A DNA stretch of 64,000 bases from Pelagomonas calceolata (lineage: Eukaryota): assembly GCA_918797485.1 (NCBI GenBank), contig CAKKNE010000006.1:372001-436000 (forward strand). The letters run 5' to 3'. Below, piece after piece: positions 48,562 through 60,236 of the stretch. A model generated the notes under the pieces. It had not been told where the DNA came from. It worked only from the letters and a program-made list of their open reading frames with translations, and did no database searches. The translations under genes and the position numbers were made by a program. How positions within the stretch are numbered: position 1 is the first letter of the stretch; every line of letters begins with the position of its first letter.

Positions 48562-50043
48562 ATGCGACCGCTCCTCGCGGTCGCCCTCGCGGCGCGGGCC
48601 GCCGCCTTTCATGGAGGCAGCCCGCCTCAGCGGAGGGAGGTCGCCGCGGCGGAGGCGCCCTGGTGGGACGACCATGGCACGGACGAGCCCAAGACCCCCT
48701 GGTGGGAGCCGGCCGCGGAGAAGGCGCATGCGACGCCCTGGGCCGACCACGAGTATGACGACCACGAGAGCTATGCGTCCGGGCCCTGGGCCGTCGTCGC
48801 CTTGGCTGCTCTGGGCGTGTTGGCGGCGGTCTACGTCGACGCCGATCAACCTGAACCAGTTGTGAGGCGCCGCCGGCGACGAACGCGCCACGTGCGGCCG
48901 GCTCCCTCGATGAGCGAACCTTCGTCCGCTCTCCGGGCCCTCTTCGCGCCCCAGCCCCAAAAGATCTATGGAAACGATTCCGAGGCAGAGGACGCGTCAC
49001 CACGAGCCTTGGTGACCGAGATGAGGCCCTTCCACGTCTTTGGCGGAGCGCATCTGAGGATCGTGCGCTTCGACCCCGCAACTGCACAGATGAAAGGACC
49101 TTCTTACAAGCCGCTCACGGACCGGTTCCGCTCCGTGAGTGATTGTCTCCTGATCGATGAAAATACGACTCTACCAGAGGGCACGCACGTCTTCGCGCAC
49201 GCGCCGGGCTGCGGTGCTGACTTAAGGGTCGCGCCGCCGCTCGGGTCGGGTCTACCGTTCGGTCGGGGCGAGTGCTGGCACCACCTCGTGGCCTTACCGC
49301 TCCCTCGCACGCGGGACCAGGGCGGTGCCGTCCAATTAGATCGGAGGGCGTTGGCCGTCGGGGCCGCCGGTGGCCAGCTCGACATCGACGCAAATGGGAG
49401 GCTGAAGAGGTGGTGCTGCTACACGTACGCCTCTTACGTCGACGCCGAGGCCGTGGCGAAGGTCGCGAGGCACGTACCGTTGCCTTTCGAACGGTTATGG
49501 CTCGTCGCCGTCCAGTCGTCGGAGGGCGAGTGGCCGTTGTGGATGCCTTCGGTGGAGCGGCGCCCTTCCTTAGAAAAGGGTGGAAGATTGGAGAAATGTG
49601 GTTCGAGAGCGTTCACCATAAAAGCGACGGCGCACGACGACCGGCGAGCTTATGAAAAGGCGAAGCGCATCGCCCTGAAAGCGCGGGAGGCGCGTCGCGA
49701 GGCGCGGATCGCGCTCGCCGACCACGGCCCGGAGCATCCCATTACCAGAGAGGCGCTGCACCTGCGAGAGGCGGCGAAGCGCGAACTGGTCGAGACGGGT
49801 TCATTGCAAACGTACGCGCGGGCCGCGCACGAGCGGCGCGCGCGGCGCGCGCTAGGCCTGATCGACGAGCGGTGGCCCCGTCTCCTATGCCGGCTGCGGC
49901 TCCTGGAGCTTGCTCAAAAATGTCCAACGAGCCCATTGGGCCGCGTGCCGCCGGAGATCGTCGGCCACGTCGCGTCGTTCCTAAAGCTGCGGCCGCGGGA
50001 CCTGGCCGTCGCGCGGCGGCGCTGCGACCCGGGCCCGCTCTGA
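48562..50043 (+). CDS. Hypothetical protein with signal peptide (AAA-F) and one TM helix
   Basis: MRPLLAVALAARAAAF; long ORF; no family recognised. Confidence 0.6.
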   Translation: MRPLLAVALAARAAAFHGGSPPQRREVAAAEAPWWDDHGTDEPKTPWWEPAAEKAHATPWADHEYDDHESYASGPWAVVALAALGVLAAVYVDADQPEPVVRRRRRRTRHVRPAPSMSEPSSALRALFAPQPQKIYGNDSEAEDASPRALVTEMRPFHVFGGAHLRIVRFDPATAQMKGPSYKPLTDRFRSVSDCLLIDENTTLPEGTHVFAHAPGCGADLRVAPPLGSGLPFGRGECWHHLVALPLPRTRDQGGAVQLDRRALAVGAAGGQLDIDANGRLKRWCCYTYASYVDAEAVAKVARHVPLPFERLWLVAVQSSEGEWPLWMPSVERRPSLEKGGRLEKCGSRAFTIKATAHDDRRAYEKAKRIALKAREARREARIALADHGPEHPITREALHLREAAKRELVETGSLQTYARAAHERRARRALGLIDERWPRLLCRLRLLELAQKCPTSPLGRVPPEIVGHVASFLKLRPRDLAVARRRCDPGPL

Positions 50044-50205
50044 AATTCATCCCCTATTCCCTGTCCATAGTCTTTGCTAACGTTCCTTGTGCATACTCGT
50101 ACCTTGTCGCCATCGACGCGAAGCCCCCTCGCGTCGGACATCATGTTTCAGATGGACAGGTGTTTACACATACGGAGGAGGGATGGGCGTTGGGGGAATC
50201 GGCAC

Positions 50206-50714
50206 TCACTTGCGCAGCGCCTTCTGGCGCTCGGCCAGGTGCTTCTGGTGGAGCATCGTCGCGAGTTCTTGGCTGAACTCCTTCTTGAAGGCCTTCGACG
50301 CGTCCGCGAGGCGCTCGGCCTGGAGCTCGGCCTCGCGCTTGTACTTGGCCGCGGCCTCCTTGTCGCGGATGTAGAGGTTCTCCTCGACCGCCTCGCGGCC
50401 CTGGAGCGTCTTCTCGAAACTGCTGAAGGGGTGCGCGCCTGCGCGTGGGGTTTTGGTGAGGACACTCTGTCGGCGTCGCCCGCGCTCTGAGGGCGTCTTG
50501 GCGGATCCCGGCCACGTGAGAAGCTCTCGTCTTGCTGGGAGGCAGGTATTGTATATAGCTTACTCTCTCGCTATGGTTTCAATTCAAAATGAGTTCCACG
50601 CTGCGCGTATAGACCTAGCTGCCAGGGGAGCTGCTTCTCTTTACAGGTTGTCGTAGTGCCGAGGGCCGCAATTTGCGGGCGCGCGACCCGAGCGAGACGG
50701 AGGGTCCGGAGCAT
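50206..50714 (-). CDS. Mitochondrial ATPase inhibitor IF1-like protein; intron 50439-50659
   Basis: Exon 1 MLRTLRLARVARPQIAAL (presequence-like) spliced via GC-AG to FSSFEKTLQGREAVEENLYIRDKE.., resembling IF1 RE.AEE..Y.R. Confidence 0.6.
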
Positions 50715-50960
50715 CGTTGCTGGCAGCTTTTGACGTCGTTCGTGGCGTGAATGGCCCGTGCTCTGCTTCGGATCCTCGTAGCTAGCTAGTGTGTACATGC
50801 ATCTAGCAAGCGCGGATTAAAGAGCAAAAAAAGTAGCCGCAGCACGCGCACGAGGCGCGAGGCTGCAAGCATAGGCGTGCACCGCTGCCACAGCACCGCT
50901 GCGCAGCCGCACAGCTCAAACGCAGCGCAACGCCGGCCGGCGAGCTTCCAAATAGAAACC

Positions 50961-52250
50961 ATGGCCAGGCTGCTCGTGCTGCTCACGGCAGCCACCCGCG
51001 CCGCGCACGCGCTCGAATACTGCTCCGCCCTGAACGACGGCCAGTGCGAGACCTTGCGGGCCCACGACACGGGCGCGCCCGTCTTCCTCGACACGGGCTC
51101 GTTGGGAGGCGAGACGACCCTAGACGACTTGTTGGACACGGGAATCAAGGAGCTCAAGTACATGAAGGCCCACACGTCGCCGCGGAAAGCGCGCGGCGCC
51201 TCGATGGGCGCGAAGTTCCGGAATTTCCGGCGAGAAACGTTAGATATGCGCTGGGACGACGGGAGCAAGGAAGGAGTGTATAGTGGCGACCTCGCGGGCC
51301 TGGGCCGGACCTCGACGCTGTCCTACGACGGCCACACCTTCTTCTTCATGCTTCATGGAGAGGAGGTCGCTCGGTTCCGGATGAACAGTGACGAGAATGT
51401 GTACATCATCGAACCTCTACCTGATGATCATGAGGTCCGCAATAGCGACCAGTACAAGGCCGCGCTCGAGGAGCGGACGTTCATGCGCGACTACGCTAAA
51501 AGAACAGGAGTGCCTTGGTTGGCGTTCTATCCACGGCCCAAGCCAATTTTAAATATGTGGCCGGCGGAGTTCCTCGGCCAGACCCACGTCGTCGCGAGCC
51601 CCCACGCCTACACCCATGAAGAGGGCATCGCAGAAGGAGATTTAGCTCTATCCTTACAAGTCGTCAGCCACGCGCCGCAAGGGCCTCGAGTGTTCCTCGT
51701 GAGGGAGATGCTCTCGCAATTTGAATGTGATCATATTATAGAGATGGGTACCAAAGTTATCAGAGAGTCGATGGTCGGCCAAGGTGGGGGCTTCAAGTCC
51801 AAGACCCGCACCTCGAGAAATGGGTGGCTCCGTCGAAGCGCCTCGCCGACGCTGGAGCGGATCTACAAGCGCTTCGGGGACGTGCTGGGCATCGACCACG
51901 AGTTACTCTCGTCGAACCGTAATGCGGAGGAGTTGCAGGTGGTACGGTACCAGCAGTCGCAAGAATACGCGCCGCACCACGACTTCGGCGACGACGGCAC
52001 GCCGGAGCAGCGGTTCTTGACCTTACTGTTGTATATCCAACTCCCGGACAAGGGCGGGGCGACGTCGTTCCCGAAGGCCGCCGATGGACGGGGTTTACAG
52101 GTAGTACCAGCTAGGGGCGACGCCGTGCTCTTCTACAGCATGCTTCCTGATGGGAATGCGGATGACCTCGCTTTACACGCGGGCATGCCCATCCACGAGG
52201 GCGAGAAGTGGGTCTGCAATTTGTGGGTCTGGGACCCCGTGCGGAAGTAG
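50961..52250 (+). CDS. Prolyl 4-hydroxylase alpha-like 2OG-Fe(II) oxygenase, secreted
   Basis: Signal peptide; PRVF..LS..ECDHII, RTS, EELQVVRY..Y.PHHD, GGATSFP, HAG.P..GEKW. Confidence 0.88.
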   Translation: MARLLVLLTAATRAAHALEYCSALNDGQCETLRAHDTGAPVFLDTGSLGGETTLDDLLDTGIKELKYMKAHTSPRKARGASMGAKFRNFRRETLDMRWDDGSKEGVYSGDLAGLGRTSTLSYDGHTFFFMLHGEEVARFRMNSDENVYIIEPLPDDHEVRNSDQYKAALEERTFMRDYAKRTGVPWLAFYPRPKPILNMWPAEFLGQTHVVASPHAYTHEEGIAEGDLALSLQVVSHAPQGPRVFLVREMLSQFECDHIIEMGTKVIRESMVGQGGGFKSKTRTSRNGWLRRSASPTLERIYKRFGDVLGIDHELLSSNRNAEELQVVRYQQSQEYAPHHDFGDDGTPEQRFLTLLLYIQLPDKGGATSFPKAADGRGLQVVPARGDAVLFYSMLPDGNADDLALHAGMPIHEGEKWVCNLWVWDPVRK

Positions 52251-52339
52251 TCGTCCGTCGCTATCGCCTCCTAAGTCATTGTGTTATCGTGCTCTACTAG
52301 TACTCTTTCACAGGCCATTACACAGGGAGTGGGTTTGCC

Positions 52340-53242
52340 CTACAGCGCGATGTTCTCGAGAGCCGCTTGCGACGGCATCCGCTCGAAGCTGATACGGAGG
52401 TTGTTTCCAGTGTGGCTCGACGCCGACGGCGCTCTTAGAGCCTCGTGGCGGGGGTTCCAGTACTTGAGCACTCGCCAGCAAAGCTCGTTCGGGAAGGTCG
52501 GCGCGAAAAGAAGTTCGAGTTCGCGCGGGGTCTTCGCGCGGAGGCGCTTGATGCTCCGGGCGCGGCCGCGAGCCACGAGCGACCGGAGGCGTAGCAACTC
52601 CTTCGGCGGCACGCGCGCATAATTTTTCCAACTCCCCGCGGCGCGCAGGTCGGCGACGAGCTGCTTACACGCGATATAGTGCTCGTCGTTAGCAAGCTCG
52701 TCGAAACCTCGTCCGCGCACATCCAGGACATCCTCGGCCGTTAATGAGCCACATACATCATCGAGTGACGCCCCGGCTCGCAGTAATAGCTTTACGCTAT
52801 CGAAAGCTGGCCGCCGTCGGTCGTTAGTGTACCAATTTTTGTACTTCAGTGCCATGTAGAGAGGAGTCTCTCCCCCCCAATTCTTGTGATTCACAGATGC
52901 GCCAGCTGCTAGATAGATCCCAATGATTTCCAGGATCACTGCTTTAGCCAAGGCCGGAGCCAAACAATCGAGGCAGCAGTGTAAAGCCGAGTATTCGTCT
53001 TCGCCATCGTCGGGAATACAATTCACGTCCCCGCCGCGCTGTAGCAATATCTTGGCCAACTCGATATGCTGAGTGCTGACCCCGTCAGCCTGCGGTATAC
53101 CCATCAACAGGGTGTCGCCCGGAAAAAACGGGCTGCTGTGACTGGCGGTGTCGTTCACGTCGCCTCCCCCGTCGAGCCAGGCAACCACCGTGCTCACGTC
53201 GCCTTCGTTCACGGCTGTCACGACATTGTCGGGTACGACCAT
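52340..53242 (-). CDS. Ankyrin-repeat protein
   Basis: WLDGGGDVND, LLQRGGDVN, GASVNHKNWGGETPL, LLLRAGA. Confidence 0.8.
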   Translation of the reverse strand: MVVPDNVVTAVNEGDVSTVVAWLDGGGDVNDTASHSSPFFPGDTLLMGIPQADGVSTQHIELAKILLQRGGDVNCIPDDGEDEYSALHCCLDCLAPALAKAVILEIIGIYLAAGASVNHKNWGGETPLYMALKYKNWYTNDRRRPAFDSVKLLLRAGASLDDVCGSLTAEDVLDVRGRGFDELANDEHYIACKQLVADLRAAGSWKNYARVPPKELLRLRSLVARGRARSIKRLRAKTPRELELLFAPTFPNELCWRVLKYWNPRHEALRAPSASSHTGNNLRISFERMPSQAALENIAL

Positions 53243-53600
53243 CGTCCTCCGGTGTGAGCCCTCGGCCGCGGTTGGCCGGCGCGGCTGCGGTCCAGACCAC
53301 CAGAGTCGCCTCCTCCACAGGTGAGGCCTCTTGCTGCTCTACGGTTCGCGCGATCGCTCACAGGTGGCTTGCAGCGTCAACGCGATCACAAATTGATGTG
53401 AAACCGCACCTCTGTGGTACTACCGCCGGCAACGCGCTTGAGCTCGAGCTGCTTGCTTGCTTGCTTGATTGCTAGTGTCTTACCGCTAGGCAAGGACAGC
53501 GCCTAACAATAACTGGACGACGCGCGCGGCTAGAGCGCGCGGCCCGCACCACTCGAGTGGAAAACCTATTTTATAGACGAGGGGGGGAAGCCAGAACCGA

Positions 53601-56600
53601 CTACTGGTTCTGCGCCGTCATCCACGCCGGCAGCGTCGTGCCGCGGCCGCGGCCCTGCGGCCCGCCCGCCGGCCGCGGCGGCGCCATCGGCGGTTGGGCG
53701 CCCCACCCTTGTTGGGGAGGCGGCGCGCCCCAGCCCTGCTGTTGAGGCGGCGGCGCGCCCCAGCCTCCTTGTTGAGGTGCACCCCACGCCTGTTGTTGCG
53801 GCGGCGGCGCCCACTGCTGCTGGATCGGCTGCAAGGGCACCGGCGCCGGAGCCTGCTTCTTCGGCTCGGCGCGGTGCGGCGCGAGCTTCGCACCCTTGGC
53901 CCAGTCCTTCGCATGTCTTTTAAAGTAGTTGAGGACCTCATCGGTCGCGAAGTACCTTCGTTCCCTTAACTCCAATCCCTCAGGCGTGACCTTGACCCAT
54001 TCATTCTTCGGTCTCGAGGCCCTCGGAGCTAAGTAGGTCAGAGCAAATCTACCAGGGTACCGCGGGTCCACCCACAAGACGTAGGGGATACTGGAGGGAG
54101 CCGCCCGGCGCAGCGCCATCAGCTTTTCCGAGGCGGCGTCGGGATCACTCAACTCGGCGTCGTACTTCCGGTGTCTACAAACGTCCTCCGTCAAATCATT
54201 CATGGGCAGGACGTATCTCGCTAACAGCTCATCGAGGTCCTCGTACTCCTCCTCGTCGATTTTATATTTTTTGTCCGTTTCATCAATTTCGACATGCCTA
54301 TACACGTTCTGGCGGAAGGACCAGGTCAATGCCACTTTTCCGGAGGACGACGGCCGCAATATAACTTCCCCCGGGTCCATCCTCGACAGGAGCTCTTCGG
54401 CTTGCCGGTAGTCGCAGTTCGGCCGGTACGCGGGGTGCGTGATCGCCCGTCGCGCTTTTCTCTTCGGCAAAGCATCGAGCCGCGCCCGTTCCTCCTTTTG
54501 TTTTCTCACATCTGTAGCGCGCTTCTTCCGCTGGGAGGCCAGATCAACGTAGTCCTGGACAACCGCAGCGACGTCGAGACACGCATCTACACTGTCCGTA
54601 GTCGCGGCATAGTAAGCGTGAGAATCACTCGGGAAGAAGACGTCGTCGTCCCTCCTACTAAGTTCGACGCGCATCCGCTCCGGATCCACTTTCAATATAG
54701 CACATTCAATGACATCCTCCAGACCCAATGCAGCATCAAAGGGCGGCCTCCTATTCTTCTCCCGGAGCCACTCGTCGCAGTTCTCGACCAGTTGGCCACT
54801 GACATCCAGGTAATCCTGGTGCAGCCCGCCCTGCACGCCCAGATCCGTGGTCGTAAATACGCGGTACTTGTCCGCCCTTTGAATACGAGCAGCAACGATC
54901 TGCCGCGGTCGTATCTGGCCATTGTCACCACCCGCCGTGAGCCACTTGAACACTAAGCTATCGGGCGGCCGCCGCCAGGGCTGCCGTAAGTCGCGGTACG
55001 GCGTTCGCAATTCCCTCTTGATGTCCTCGAGCATGAGTCTCCGTTTCCCTTTGCCCTCGCCTTCTAGGAGCTGCGCGTACGCGTCTAGGTCGAGCTCCGA
55101 GATCTTATCATCCAAGGCCTCGTCGGCGCCCTCGTCGGCGCCGGACAGCGGCGCGCCGAACGGCGGCGGGCTCCAGAAGGCCTTATCATCAAATTCATTT
55201 TGTTGTTGCTTTCTGAGATCTTTCTCCATTCTAGTTCTAGAGTCATCAAGAGCGGCAATGACCACATCTTGATACCCTTCCGGGTCGTCGCGGTCAAAAT
55301 CTCTATCCAAAGCATCGCTACAGATCTTTTGGGCAAAATCATAGGAAATTCCCTCCGTCTGGTCGAAGTAGCACTCCGGGTGGATGCGCGTGTCGTCCAA
55401 CGGGTTCGTGGCGGCGTCCTGCAGGGGGCCCGTCGCTCGCACGCGCAAGAACCCGGCCGCATTCTGAAAACAGACCGTTTCACTCCCTCGTTCTTCCTTG
55501 TGATTCTTCGTGTCGAAGAGCGCGGCCATGGCTCGTCGCGACGTGACCATACCATGCCCGCCGCCTTCTCGAGCTGCTGCACCTGCTCCTGACCGAGCCG
55601 CTCGTCGGAACGCTTGGGCCTTCCTCGGCCCGAGTCCCGCGACGAATTGGAGCTTGCCGAAGTGATGATCATATTGCAAGGCGCGGTTCACGTCGACGCC
55701 AGAACGACAAACTTGGTCGACTAGCGTCCGCTCGAAGGCTTGCAGGAGCTCCTTCGGTCGTACGAACGACTGTAAGGGGTGTAGGGGTAGCGCCACGAGT
55801 TCCTCACCAGCCAAACCCAACCCGGTGCCGTTCTTGAGTCCCAGCGACGTGAAGGCGTAGGTCAGTTCAGCCAAAGGGTCCTGGGCGGACCTCGCTAATG
55901 ACGTGGCAATCCTCAGGCCCATCGAGGCCGTCTTGCCGAGCTCTCGGTCAGACCTCACGGAAGCCGCATAGCACCTCGCCAGACCATCATCCGCGAACGC
56001 CAAAGTAGGGTTCCAGGCGTTCACATTTTCTTGTTCTTCTTCCCTTCGCATCGCGGCGTCCGGCATCTCGTCCTCGAGAATCGGGTATTCTGTGCGAGCC
56101 GCGGCCAAGGCGTCGCCGATGAACCGCAAGGTCCGTCGGCACGCCCCCATGCCCGCCGAGGTCGACACCACGACGATATCGGGCAAGTGGTTCCGCAAAA
56201 ACAGCGCCGCCACGCGCAGCGACTCCATGTCTCTTTCGGTCGCTCGCGACGACACCCCTTCCTGCGCTACTAAGGCGCCCGACGGTGCTAATGCCGCAAA
56301 GATCGTCGAGTCGCCCATCCTAGCGGCTCCCCTTCTTCGCTCACACCGCGCTTCGCTGTTCGGCCGCGGGACGCAGATCCCGACCGCGCTACACCCTTCC
56401 AGCCGCTGCGGGGCGGACTCGGCCAGGCCGTTGCTGCCACCTTCGACGACCGCGAAGGGCTGGACGTCGGCCATGCGTCTGAGAGCGTTCGCCGCTAATG
56501 AAGCGACGGCCTTTTGGCCTCGGCGTTTGAGTTCGAGTCTGATTTCATCCACAAACAGAGGCGCTAGTAACTTTTCAATGGCGTGCGTGACGACCTCCCT

Positions 56601-59600
56601 CCGCAGCGCGTCCCACTGCTGGGCCACCTCTTCGGTTGGCGTCGCGTCGTCCTTGACGGGTTCCGGCTCTTGTTCGCCAGTCAAGTCGAGCTCCGCAAAG
56701 TCCTCTTCTTCCTCCTCGGGCTCCTCTTCGACGACCTCCTCTTCGACGGGCGGCTCGCCACCGAAGACGTCGTCGTCGCTGTCCTCTTGTACACTAGGCT
56801 TCTCGGGGGCCGCCGCGGGCGCCGCGACGCCGAAGAGGTCGTCGTCGTCGTCTGACAACCCGTCGTCCTCAATCACTCTACGCTTCTTCGGGTCCTTGGG
56901 CACGATTTCAGGCGCCGGTTTCTCTGGGACGGACCCTTTCTTGATGGGTGGCCCTGGGGCGAAGTCGTCTTCCGAGTCGTCATCCTCGGCGGCCTTCGGC
57001 GCGTCGGCGGCCTTCGGCGGGGGCACCGAGCCCTTCTTGATCGGCGGGCCCGGGGCGAAGTCGTCGTCGCTGTCGTCGGCGTCCATTGGGGCCGCCGGGG
57101 CCGGCGCGGCCGCGGCCTCGGGCGCCGCCGCGGCTGCGGGCTCCGGCTCGGCCGGCGGAGCGGGCGCGGCCGCATCATCATCAGACGAGTCCCCAAAAAT
57201 GTCGGCGGCAGAGGGCGGCGCGGGCGCCGGTGCGGCCTCCGTCGGCGCGGCCGCGGCCTCGGGCTCTGGCGCCGGCGCCGGCGCGGCCGGCTCAGGCGCG
57301 GCCGCCTCGGGAGCGGCCGGCGCGGCATCGACGTCCATCGGGTCGTCGCCGCCGCCGCCGCGCTCGTGCAGCACGCCACTCCCCTCCTCGGCGGCGATGG
57401 CCGCCTCGGCGGCGCGCGCGAGAGCCGCCGCGTCCTCGGTCGCGCCTTCTTCTTGTTGAATGGCAGCTTCCGCGGCTCTAGCCATGGCCATGGCCTCGGC
57501 CGTCGCCGGGTCGGCCGGCGCGGCGTCGGGCGCGGCGGCCGCCGGCTCCGCCTTCACCGGACCCTCGTCGCCGGGGATCGCCTCGTCCATGAAAGCAGCT
57601 GCCGACGATCTAGGTGGTAAAGGCGCCGCCTGCGCGACCTCCTGGACGGGCGGCGCCCAGGTTTCCGCAGCAGCTAAAGCCGCCGCGGCGCCGGCGGCCG
57701 ACGGCACCTCAGGGGCCGCCGCTTCGACCGGCGCCTGGAAGGGCACCGCGAGATACGCCGCCAGGACGCGCGCCGCGATGGCCTCGGGGCCGCCGTACGT
57801 AATGGTGGTCGAGATCAGACCCTCCTGCTCCGCCTTGAGTAGTCGCACATAATCCGCGGCGGCCAAATCATCTAGAGAATCGGAAGGGTCCTCGTCAGCT
57901 CTACGCTGCCGCCCCATGGCGCCGTCGAGGAAGGTCGCCACGGGCTTGTCTCTCAACCTTTGTAAGCCGTGGAACTCGTGGGACGGGTCGATCTCTTGAC
58001 GCCCTTTCTCCGTCGGCTGCGATTGCAGACACGCCTTCCTCCGGAATTCTGTGCGGCACGCCTCTCTCACACTAGGTAAGGCAGCCAGCTCACGCGCCGC
58101 CACGGCGATGGCGTTCGTTCTCACGCGTTCCTCCGTGTCGCAGTCGCCCACTCCCACATAATCCAAGCAGAGCATGTCGACGCTCTCCGACGGCGTCGGG
58201 GGTAATTTGACCTCGTCACTTCGCAGTGCTTTGTCCAAATCTTGGGGCCGCAGCGTGAACTTGCGCGCGAACTGGTCGACGCCCGAAGCCTTGGCCTTGG
58301 CCCACTGCGCGGCTTCCCGGCGCGCCGGTCGTCTGGCTTGGGAGGTTATTAAACCGTGTTTGGCCGCCTGCTGGCGCGCGTAGGCGCGCGCGTCGGCGTA
58401 CGCCGTGGCATCGGTCTCCAAACAGGCCTGCTGGGCTACCGACAACGAACAGCGGCCCTCGCCGGCACCGTGAACAGCTTTCACAAATCTCTGCGAATCT
58501 TTCCTCTTTTGGACGAGAGAACACCACTCTTCATCGAGGTCGTGGATCCGCCAGAGTTCCTCCACTCGTACGGGCGCGAGGTCGTCTCTCCGATACGCAG
58601 CGACGTACGGCGGCTCCAAGGCATCCTCGTTGAAGAACACGAGACACCTCTTCACGGCTTCGATCTCCTCCTCGGACGACTTCTTCATCTTCGACGCGAC
58701 CCACTTCGACTCGGCATCCAAATCCCGCTCGAACTGGGCCCGCCTCCTTCGTACGGTCGGTAGTTGTCGACACTGCAACCGCTCCGGAATATCTCTCCTC
58801 CGAATGTTCTCGTCGTCACCCGTCACGTAGTACTCCTTCAGCATCTGCGGCTCGAAACGAGACAAAGTGGAGGGCTTCTCGCGCTGGACGGGCGCCTCCT
58901 CGTCGGACATATCTTCTAGCTTCTCCTCGCCGAAGATGTCGACCTGCGTTGGTGTTGTGAGAGCTCCGCGGTGACGCCATCGCCGCGCGTGTGTGTCACC
59001 TGTCCCCGACGCGCCCGACGCGGTCCGAACGGCCCGGGAATCGGAAACGGAACCACTTTCCCCCAGACGCCATCGCCGCGACGCGTATGAACCGGACGCC
59101 GTGTTCAGACCATGTCCATGAGCTGCATCTGACTTACATCAGTAGCAGGGCCATCTCGAGCACCCTTCAAGGAAGCTTCGTGTTCGCGCTTCAGAGCCTG
59201 CTGGATGCCGAGATCATCTTCAATGAAATCATCAAAGTCGTCTTCATCAAAAAGGCCGTCCTTCTTCTTCGTTGGCTTCGCCGGCTCCTCGTCGCTATCA
59301 TCTGCGAAAAGGTCGTCGACGGCGTCGCGCTTCTGCTTCTTGGGCTCCTGCTGCTGCAGGTTGTCCTGGATTAATTGGAGGTCAGCTAGTTCGTCCTCCT
59401 CCCGGTTTCTCTTCAGTCGGTTTTCATCTTCTTCTTCGTCGTCCGAACTGCTGGCACCGTCGGGCTTCGGGGCGGGAATCAATCCCTCATCATCGTCTCC
59501 CACGACGAAGCCGTCCACCACGTATTCATTTTTTTCTTCTTCGGGGACAGCTTCGTCTTCCTTGGGCGCGAGGTCGTCGTCTTCCTCGTCGGCCTCCTCG

Positions 59601-59629
59601 TCGAAGAGCTTGGCGGTGGGGTCCGCCAT
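53601..59629 (-). CDS. SPT6: Transcription elongation factor SPT6; intron 58944-59110
   Basis: Acidic N-terminus, DM|VDIFG, D..IR..DIPER.Q, QDPL.E, LHPLQ, FVAGLGPRKA, LDDTRIHPE.Y, S1 and tandem SH2 (RPSS) domains. Confidence 0.95.
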
Positions 59630-60236
59630 CGTGCTGGCGCGCGGCCGAGAGGCTACGGGGCAGACGCAGGTGTTGCGCGGCGCTGCGGCGGCGCCGGCTG
59701 CTGGCTAAGGGCTTCTCCTTCGCGTGCGCGCGCCGCTGCGACGCGGCGGCGAGGCAGCAGCTGTGCTCGCCTAGGGGCGCCCCGCGGCCCTCAGCGGTGC
59801 GGTCTTCGCTCCTGCCGTTGCAGCCACCGCCTGCAGCACTCGTGCAGCACAACGGCTACGTTTCTGGCTCACTACTAATGGCGTACGCGCTCGCAAGCGA
59901 TGCGCCTCTATCGAGTCGATAAGTCCCGCACGCTAGGTGTCTAGCGTTTTAGCCGCCACGGCTATTTGCAAGGCGTCCAAGCGACCGCTCTGTACGCGAT
60001 GCGTGGGTCGCGAGACGCATCGCAGCTCGGGTCACTGGAGCGCTTCGCAGTTGTGGCCTCCGAGCAATTGCCTGCGCGCTGGGCTAATATCTGCACACAA
60101 GTACTGCATCACGTCGTACAGGACCATTTCACTGGTAAGCAGCGGCCCACGCGGTTTGAGCGCGGTTCTTGGGCGCCGCTAGGAGCAACACTGCAGCAAA
60201 GGTCCTCGGGTCGGAAACGGCGCCGCGCTCACCACC

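Noticed and set aside
56092..57459. Long antisense ORFs (also 22411-23673 minus, 41361-42530 plus, 10592-11341 minus)
   Set aside because: Shadow frames of real genes in GC-rich DNA; Ser/Ala/Arg-rich with no motifs.
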